In this document: positions 1 through 6,292 of the stretch, in pieces
How positions within the stretch are numbered: position 1 is the stretch's first letter
How the letters are laid out: the number at the start of each line of letters is the position of its first letter
NCBI GenBank assembly: GCA_050043465.1
Contig: JBHJIL010000054.1
Span: forward strand, 53,601-101,600
Source of the DNA: Leptolyngbyaceae cyanobacterium
Lineage (GTDB): Bacteria > Cyanobacteriota > Cyanobacteriia > Phormidesmidales > Phormidesmidaceae
DNA: 48,000 nt
Reading direction: 5' to 3'
Program-made: the position numbers and the translations under genes
The notes under the pieces: generated by a model
What the model saw: the letters and a program-made list of their open reading frames with translations, nothing else
What the model was told of the DNA's origin: nothing
Database searches by the model: none

Positions 1-1882
1 TAGTATGGGTGACCTCACTGCCATCCAAATCAGGCCGCTGCAGGGCATAAAACGGTCGCTCGGTTCCTAGCAGATGGGAAAATCTTGCCCAGGTGAGCGC
101 GTCCGCCGACCCCCCATGGAAAAATAACGGTAGCTTCGTCCCACTGGTCTGAATCGGCACCAGGCTCGACCATTGAGAAACCGGCTGCTCCTGACTGAGC
201 AACGCCGCAAACTGTCGCACGTTAGGGGCTTGAAATAATGTTGCCAGCGGTAGAGCACAGTCCAACTGCTGCTGCATCTGATTAAATAGCTGCACCGCCA
301 GCAGCGAATTCCCCCCCATCTCAAAAAAGTTATCGTCTACGCTGAGGGGGCTTACCCCCAACACCGATTCCCAAATCTGGATCAGCTTTAGCTCCAACGG
401 ATTATTCGGGGCAGAGAAACTGTCCTCTAGCTGGTCTCGACTAAGATTAACTGTAATATCGTCAACAGATGCTTGAGAACGCTGAACAACCGTCAACGCC
501 TTGGGGGGCAAAACCTCACCGATGGACCGTTTTGGATTCTCTACGATTGCCGTTAATACCGTTTGAAACTGCTGCAACAGAGTCATTAGCACATCATCAT
601 TCACAGTCTCCGCCAGCAGCAGCACCGTCAGCTCATTCCCCGGTTTAACAACCACCGTCAGACCGTAGGTACTCACCAAACCTGAGCGCATATTCTCCAC
701 CTGCAGACTCCGCTCCGCCTGATACTCAGTCTGAATGGGATAGTTTTCAATCACCAAAAGACTCTCAAACAAACGTCCCGCAACTCCACTCCAGCCCTGA
801 ATCTGATCGGTGGAGGCATAGGCATAGCGGCTAGCCATCGCCTGCTGAGTTTGCAATTCCTGCAACCAGTCCAGCACCGTCTGTTCTGAGAGCACCTTGA
901 CTCGGACTGGCACCACGTTGATCAGCATGCCAACAATGACTTCAACACCTGCTAAGTCTCCCTGGCGTCCAGAAACGGTAGTGCCAAAGACGATGTCTGG
1001 ATTTTGGCTGTAGCCGTGGAGGATCAGTGCCCAGATCCCTTGCATGAATGTATTGAGGGTGAGGCGGTGCGATCGCAAAAACTCCTGCACCCCGGCCATC
1101 ACCTCACTCGAAAACGTAATACAAGGCTCCATTTCAAAGCCCCCAGCATTGGGGGTTTGGGGGCCTGAATAACCAGACACCTCTACACCAACCCCCTCCC
1201 TCCCCGAGGGCTGAGCGAAGTCGTTCGCGAAGCGTTTCCTACGGAAATAGCCCGGCAACCCCACCGGATCCCCAATCCCCCTCAACTCCTCTCGCCAAAA
1301 CTCCTCCGCAGCCGCCCCATCCTGCTGCTTCAACCACCGCACATAGCTCTGATACGTAGGCCCAGCCTTACCCACCGGACGCTCAGCCCGCCGCAAAACC
1401 TCATAACAATCAAACACCTGATTAAACACCAGCGCCCCAGACCAGCCATCCAACATCAAATGATGACAGCTCCACACCAGCTCATACTCCGTCTCATCCA
1501 GACGCATCAGCGCCAGACGAGATATGGGAGCCTGGGTCAGCTCAAACCCACGTCCTCGATCCGCCGCCAGAAAATCTGCCAAAGCCGTCTGCTGATCGTC
1601 TTGTCCCCTCAAATCCAGATGTGTCCAGGGGATAGCGGCCCGTTTTGCCACCACCTGCAACGGCTGCTTTACCCCTTGCCAATGCACCGAAGTGCGCAAA
1701 ACAGGGTGCTGACCCACCACATAGTCCCAAGCCTGTTGCAACAGACCAGCATCCACATCCCCCCGCAGCGTACAGCGCATGTGAATCAACCCATCCTGCA
1801 CAGATGTTTGAAGACTATGCCATAAAAACGCCTGCTGCAGAGGAGCCAGGGCATAGATAGTTTCGATGTTCTTCTTATCCAT
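1..1882 (-). CDS. NRPS terminal module C-T-TE with no adenylation domain; the 3' end (TE domain) runs off the window
   Basis: My translation of the minus strand from ATG 1882..1880 stays open to nt 1. It is absent from the ORF track because it has no stop inside the window. It starts MDKKNIETIYALAPLQQAFLWH and carries the C-domain motif SCHHLMLDGWS. About 450 aa later comes a carrier domain (VDDNFFEMGGNSLLAVQL, nt ~270-340), followed by LPLFFHGGSADALTW (start of a thioesterase-like fold). No AMP-binding motifs lie between C and T. The start sits 2 nt after the upstream stop (TAACCATG). Confidence 0.85.
   Translation of the reverse strand, partial: MDKKNIETIYALAPLQQAFLWHSLQTSVQDGLIHMRCTLRGDVDAGLLQQAWDYVVGQHPVLRTSVHWQGVKQPLQVVAKRAAIPWTHLDLRGQDDQQTALADFLAADRGRGFELTQAPISRLALMRLDETEYELVWSCHHLMLDGWSGALVFNQVFDCYEVLRRAERPVGKAGPTYQSYVRWLKQQDGAAAEEFWREELRGIGDPVGLPGYFRRKRFANDFAQPSGREGVGVEVSGYSGPQTPNAGGFEMEPCITFSSEVMAGVQEFLRSHRLTLNTFMQGIWALILHGYSQNPDIVFGTTVSGRQGDLAGVEVIVGMLINVVPVRVKVLSEQTVLDWLQELQTQQAMASRYAYASTDQIQGWSGVAGRLFESLLVIENYPIQTEYQAERSLQVENMRSGLVSTYGLTVVVKPGNELTVLLLAETVNDDVLMTLLQQFQTVLTAIVENPKRSIGEVLPPKALTVVQRSQASVDDITVNLSRDQLEDSFSAPNNPLELKLIQIWESVLGVSPLSVDDNFFEMGGNSLLAVQLFNQMQQQLDCALPLATLFQAPNVRQFAALLSQEQPVSQWSSLVPIQTSGTKLPLFFHGGSADALTWARFSHLLGTERPFYALQRPDLDGSEVTHT
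1134..1163. repeat. 30-nt G/C hairpin repeat, copy A, inside the C-domain CDS
   Basis: tcaaagcccccagCattgggggtttggggg matches 28305-28334 at 29 of 30 positions. The stem is cccccag/ctggggg-like. It is translated in frame as PQTPNAGGF. Confidence 0.8.
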
Positions 1883-1884
1883 GG

Positions 1885-4134
1885 TTAAACCTCCTCCAGC
1901 TGGCTAATAAAATCGTCTAGATCAGCTTGGCCCAAATCAGCATCGGGAAAATCTGATGGGGTAAAGCCACCGCTGTTGTCAGTACATTGGGCAATGAGAG
2001 ATTTCAGCGCACTCAAGTATTGATTTGCCAGTGTGGACAGGGTTTCTGAACGATGAATTTGGGTGTCATATCGCCAGTTTATCCGTAGCTGATCCTGCGC
2101 TATCCAAGCATTTATCTCTAGTGGGTAACTCCGTCGATTGCGTGAATCTCTCAAGGTACCAACATCGATGTCTGGAATAACTCTTAGGTCTCCGGTGGTC
2201 AAATCCTGTCGTCCAAGATAGTTAAACAACACTTCCGATGATTCTGCCTGAGACAGCTGCTGTCGGGTTGCATCCTCCCCCAGATATCGCAGCATACCGT
2301 AGCCAATTCCTCGGTTTGGCACCTGTCGCAGCTGTTCTTTAACAGATTTGAGGGTCGCGATAGAGTCGTCAGCATTGTCAACGTGTAAACTCACCGGATA
2401 GGTGGTCGTAAACCATCCCACTGTCCGAGACAGGTCAATGCCATCAGCAATCTGTTCTCGCCCGTGGGCCTCCATTTCTATGCGAACATTGCCAGCAGTG
2501 GTGCCTGACCATTGCAACAGCGTTTGGGTCAATGCTGTCAGCAGTGCATCGTTAATTTGGGTGTTGTAAACCGCTGGAACAGTTTTTAATAATGCCTCAG
2601 TATCCTCAGCGCTGAGGGTAACCGTCACGCTCTGGGTTGTGCCTTCCGTGGGTGGCGGTGTGTCTGAAAAATCACGCGGTAGCGCCATAGCTAGTTGCTC
2701 AGATTGAGCTATCCAGAAATCTAATTCAGACTCCCTTGTAGGCGTTTGAGAATTGAGAGTTTTGGCCCAAGTCTGGAAAGATGTGGTCTTCTCAGGCAGC
2801 TGTGGAGTCTCCCTTAATAAGCTGGAGAGATCATCGAGAAGAATCTGCCAGGAAACAGCGTCTACAATCAAGTGATGCAAACTTAGCAAAAGCCAGCTTG
2901 ACTGACCAGCCCCACGGGTGAATAGAATCGCTCCCATCAGATCCCCGTCAGCAAGGTTTACATTGGCATGCAAACGACTGCCATGGTCAGCAATAGCTTT
3001 TATCTGTTCAGATACTTCTAGATGGGAAAGATCAACTTGAATTACCTTGGGAGGACTGCCAGCATCGGCATTAATTTGTTGATCGTTGAGAAAGCGCATT
3101 CTTAGACCATCGTGGTGGGTCCACAAAATTGCCAGGGTTCTTTCTATTAAGGAATGCACACTTGAATAATCTACCGTTTCAATCGGCTCGACGATATCTG
3201 GTTCCCCTTTGCAAGGGGAACCGTCAGGGAGGGGTTCTCGGGATATAGCGCTATTGGTCGAAACCCCACCGCCTGCGGCACCTCCCCTAAGCCCTCTGGA
3301 CTGGCCTCGCCAACGCAAGGGGAGGACTTTTGCAGACATATTTTCTGACTGGGGGATTGTTTCTGGGTAATCACCTAATTTGTCAACCCCATCAGGAAGC
3401 TCTATCAGCATCGCCTGATGCCAGTGGTTGGGCACCTCCATTTCCTGTTCAAAGAACCAGTGCTGAATCGGTGTTAGCGGCACTTCTCCAGTCACTAAAT
3501 CCTGAGTGGCGGTTACTTCAGGTGCTAGATTTACCGCTGCCGCCAGCTCTGCCACCGTTGGATGCTCAAACAGTTGATTAGGTGCTAACCGCAGCCCCGC
3601 CTCCCGCGCCCGCGAAACAATTTGAATACTGAGGATAGAATCTCCCCCTAGCTCAAAAAAGTTGTCGTGGATGCCAACGGTGTCTAGCCGCAGTACCTCA
3701 CTCCAGATTTGAGCTAAAACTTGTTCTGCTGGTGTGCGGGGCGCAGCGGATGCACCCGTCATTGTCCCCACTAACTGGGGCTCAGGCAATGCCTTCGTAT
3801 CAATCTTGCCATTGGCAGTGCGGGGCATTTGGGCTAACGGCATAATCACCGCAGGCACCATATAATTTGGTAGCTTAGCCTTCAGCCGATCTCTCAGAGC
3901 ACTAACCTTCTTATCATCCGCCTTACCATCAGCCGACACCACATAGGCCACTAGCCGAGCAGAACGATTGGACGCAGCCAGGTTTAGCCGCTGTGCCAGG
4001 GCCTCACGCTGTTTGGGTGAGAACGCTTTAACTCGTTGATATAGTTCCTGGTTGGGTGCCATGACAAAATTCTGTGGACTAGTTCTTAGGGGTCTGAAGC
4101 GGAGGGACAGATTGTATTGATCATGGTGGCCCAA
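1885..4134 (-). CDS. NRPS protein made of an A-domain C-terminal subdomain (A9-A10 only), T and E domains
   Basis: The 749-aa ORF contains ARLVAYVVS...LPNYMVPAVIMPLAQMPRTANGKIDTKALP (A9/A10). The T domain is DNFFELGGDSILSIQI. E-domain motifs are PLTPIQHWFFE, HHLIVDAVSW, EAHGRE and TVGWFT. The track start is TTG 4134; ATG 4062 (MAPNQELYQRV...) is an equally plausible start. Motifs A1-A8 are absent. Confidence 0.85.
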   Translation of the reverse strand: MGHHDQYNLSLRFRPLRTSPQNFVMAPNQELYQRVKAFSPKQREALAQRLNLAASNRSARLVAYVVSADGKADDKKVSALRDRLKAKLPNYMVPAVIMPLAQMPRTANGKIDTKALPEPQLVGTMTGASAAPRTPAEQVLAQIWSEVLRLDTVGIHDNFFELGGDSILSIQIVSRAREAGLRLAPNQLFEHPTVAELAAAVNLAPEVTATQDLVTGEVPLTPIQHWFFEQEMEVPNHWHQAMLIELPDGVDKLGDYPETIPQSENMSAKVLPLRWRGQSRGLRGGAAGGGVSTNSAISREPLPDGSPCKGEPDIVEPIETVDYSSVHSLIERTLAILWTHHDGLRMRFLNDQQINADAGSPPKVIQVDLSHLEVSEQIKAIADHGSRLHANVNLADGDLMGAILFTRGAGQSSWLLLSLHHLIVDAVSWQILLDDLSSLLRETPQLPEKTTSFQTWAKTLNSQTPTRESELDFWIAQSEQLAMALPRDFSDTPPPTEGTTQSVTVTLSAEDTEALLKTVPAVYNTQINDALLTALTQTLLQWSGTTAGNVRIEMEAHGREQIADGIDLSRTVGWFTTTYPVSLHVDNADDSIATLKSVKEQLRQVPNRGIGYGMLRYLGEDATRQQLSQAESSEVLFNYLGRQDLTTGDLRVIPDIDVGTLRDSRNRRSYPLEINAWIAQDQLRINWRYDTQIHRSETLSTLANQYLSALKSLIAQCTDNSGGFTPSDFPDADLGQADLDDFISQLEEV
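3203..3349. mobile_element. MITE-like hairpin repeat inserted in frame in the E-domain coding sequence (extra coding block ~3175-3381)
   Basis: By eye it is ~75-80% identical to the reverse complement of intergenic 24089-24210. Shared blocks are tcccctttgcaagggga / tcccccttgtgaaggggga, ggtcgaaaccccaccgcctgcggcacctcccct / ggtcgagacccctctgcctacggcatctcccct, and aaggggaggacttttgcagacatattttctg / aaggggaggatttttgtagacactttttctg. It adds ~69 aa (LGDYPETIPQSENMSAKVLPLRWRGQSRGLRGGAAGGGVSTNSAISREPLPDGSPCKGEPDIVEPIET) that the paralogous E domain in the 1828-aa NRPS lacks. Confidence 0.7.
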
Positions 4135-5485
4135 TAGCTGCTAAGTGGGGATTGTCTTTCTGGGCAGACTGTCTATTTAGCAATGTTTCAACCACTTGGG
4201 CAGCGCGATTTTCTTGGTGGTAGTGGTGGATGCGATCGCACATCTTCCCCACCCTCTCCCGATAAGACTCATCAGCCAGCAACGTCTGAATAGAGCTACA
4301 GATCTCAGCCGCCGTCTCCTTCTCCCGCTCGCCCGCAATCCCTAACCCGTGATAAGCCACCCTGGCCGCATCGCCATTTTGGTCCGCATGTCCGAGGGAA
4401 TACACCAGCATTGGCACCCCCAGGTAAAGACATTCGTTAATGGTGTTAATGCCGCCATTGATGACAGCGCAGTCAGCGTGCTTGAGCACCTGTAACTGTG
4501 GCGTCCAACTAAAAGTATGGACATTGGCAGGCAGGGTTCCAAGCTGGTCAATCTCTAGCTGTCCGCCCAATCCCATAACCAAATCCCATTCAGGTCGGTT
4601 AGCAACAGCTTCCATAATCTTTTTTAACCAATGCTGGTTGCCTTTAGCAAAAGTGCTGCAACCGCAGTATATAAGCGATCGCCCCTGGGTAAGTCGCTTT
4701 TCAAAAAGCTGTTCTAAGACTTTGTGAGTATCTGTCGTAACCTGCGCCTCTTGGCGATTCTCATACACCATCGGTCCCACATAGTGCATCAAAGGATGGG
4801 GATCATGGGGAAAATCTAACTCCAGGGCATTAAAACAAAGGATGGGTAGCGTCCCCTGTCCATAGGGAATTAGCCATTGATTAAAGCCAAACTGTTCGGG
4901 AAACGGATAGCCAATCTGCCGAGCATAACAGCCCCAAACCGACCGTCTGTCCAGCCCCATCCGCTGCCAACGCTGTTTGAGCGCTTCTTTCCAAGTAGTC
5001 AAGCCGTTCTTCAGCCAAGCTAACTCAATGCCAAAGTCGCTATCCGGTAGAGTATGACTATTAATAGGAGGCAACCCAGGTCGTTTCCAGATGGACAGAA
5101 ACTGACATAGCAGCGCCATTGGCAGACCGCTCATTACCCCAGCCATAATGTGAGGCGTCATCTCCATATCGATTAGCACCAAATCCGGCTCAAGCGCTTG
5201 TATGGTTTGGGCAAAGCGATGCACACCCAGCTGATTCACTGCTTGCTGTTGTCGTTGCCGCAATGTCCACAGTTTTTTCCATCGCCCCATGGGTGGGTCA
5301 ACGGGCTGAATCACCCATGACTCTAGCTGAACATAGGGAATTCCCTGGGCCGTAACCGCATCTCGAAAGTCATAGGGACTGGCATAGGTCACCCGATGGC
5401 CAGCCAGCTTCAACTGTTGCACCAGTGCCAGACTGGCGTTAAAAATGCCTTTTAATCCTCCTGTGATACAAACAATGTGGGACAT
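4121..5485 (-). CDS. GT1-family (macrolide/UDP-glycosyltransferase-like) glycosyltransferase
   Basis: The N-terminus is MSHIVCITGGLKGIFNASLALVQQLKLAGHRV. The C-terminal nucleotide-sugar motif is VINGGINTINECLYLGVPMLVYSLGHADQNGDAARV. I prefer ATG 5485, which sits 2 nt after the methyltransferase stop (TAGCCATG), over the track start 5596, which would overlap the upstream gene by 109 nt. Confidence 0.8.
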   Translation of the reverse strand: MSHIVCITGGLKGIFNASLALVQQLKLAGHRVTYASPYDFRDAVTAQGIPYVQLESWVIQPVDPPMGRWKKLWTLRQRQQQAVNQLGVHRFAQTIQALEPDLVLIDMEMTPHIMAGVMSGLPMALLCQFLSIWKRPGLPPINSHTLPDSDFGIELAWLKNGLTTWKEALKQRWQRMGLDRRSVWGCYARQIGYPFPEQFGFNQWLIPYGQGTLPILCFNALELDFPHDPHPLMHYVGPMVYENRQEAQVTTDTHKVLEQLFEKRLTQGRSLIYCGCSTFAKGNQHWLKKIMEAVANRPEWDLVMGLGGQLEIDQLGTLPANVHTFSWTPQLQVLKHADCAVINGGINTINECLYLGVPMLVYSLGHADQNGDAARVAYHGLGIAGEREKETAAEICSSIQTLLADESYRERVGKMCDRIHHYHQENRAAQVVETLLNRQSAQKDNPHLAAIGPP

Positions 5486-5487
5486 GG

Positions 5488-6237
5488 CTAAGAGTCCCCC
5501 GTGCCAGAGTATGTGGAGTCTTTTGTAGGATCTTTTTGCGCAATCACACACAGATCCTCGAGGGGCATATTGTGGGTAAATGGGATGGAGGCCCAAGGGT
5601 CTAGCACATCTAACCGTCTGATATTTTTGAACCTGTTGACCTTTCGCAGCTGGTAGGTCAGTCCTTCGTAGTCATAGCTCCACTTGTGTACCTGTCCCGG
5701 ATCGTCAACAGGAGCATAGCCAAATTGATGGGCATGGAATGAAAACAGAAAGCTGGAGGGGGCATCCTTAGGGATTCTACGCTGAGCATAGTTAACGAAA
5801 TATCCCATGTGACGATAGTTAGTGAAATATCCGTTGATGTGGATGCGCAGGTCTGGAACCGTGAGCAATAAGTAGCCATCTTCTTTTAAAAGACTAGAAC
5901 AAAATTTCAACAGGTCTGTTCCGTCCTCAAAGCTAAAATGCTCAAACACATGCTGCAGTCTGACCAAGTCAAACTGCCCTAATTTCTCTCGGTCAGCATC
6001 TCCCAACTGGCCTATATTGGCTGAATAGTAGCGCTCAGCTAGATCCGGAGCCAGGTCCTCCCCTGAGGCTAGATCAAGACACATAAAGCCTTCTTCAAAT
6101 CGCCGACTGCCCATGTCCAGCCAACGGGTACGTCCTTCGCTGAGCAACTTCTTTTTTAGACCATTGCGCTCAATTCCCAGCTTTTTGAGAGCTCTGGCAA
6201 CGTTGTACTTAAGCCATGGTAGGTTTGCCATCATCAC
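5488..6237 (-). CDS. Class I SAM-dependent methyltransferase (stand-alone)
   Basis: Motifs are RWLDMGS (motif I-like), FDLVRLQHVFEHF and LKEDGYLLLTVPD. The start region reads GTG-ATG-ATG with GAGG upstream. A 55-nt spacer follows the upstream NRPS stop. Confidence 0.7.
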   Translation of the reverse strand: MMMANLPWLKYNVARALKKLGIERNGLKKKLLSEGRTRWLDMGSRRFEEGFMCLDLASGEDLAPDLAERYYSANIGQLGDADREKLGQFDLVRLQHVFEHFSFEDGTDLLKFCSSLLKEDGYLLLTVPDLRIHINGYFTNYRHMGYFVNYAQRRIPKDAPSSFLFSFHAHQFGYAPVDDPGQVHKWSYDYEGLTYQLRKVNRFKNIRRLDVLDPWASIPFTHNMPLEDLCVIAQKDPTKDSTYSGTGDS

Positions 6238-6292
6238 CTCGCCCCCTTACAGTCGTTATAAAATTTCAGTTGAACACGACAGACAGCCATCG

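Noticed and set aside
1100-1300. Suspected frameshift or disruption of the first NRPS gene at the repeat insertions, since the gene is missing from the ORF track.
   Set aside because: Manual translation is in frame and stop-free through the repeats. The C-domain start (1882) and the T-domain motif (codon starting at 319) are 1563 nt apart, a multiple of 3. The gene is absent from the track only because it runs off the window.
67-1860. Track ORFs 67..324(-), 1460..1825(+), 1542..1730(-) and 1645..1860(+).
   Set aside because: They lie antisense to, or out of frame with, the continuous C-T-TE reading frame that I translated from 1882 to 1. Their compositions are Pro/Arg/Cys-rich, which is typical of shadow ORFs.
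5486-5596. The 37-aa N-terminal extension of the glycosyltransferase ORF in the track (start 5596).
   Set aside because: It overlaps the methyltransferase gene by 109 nt and has an implausible sequence. ATG 5485 begins the conserved GT1 N-terminus (MSHIVCITGG...).
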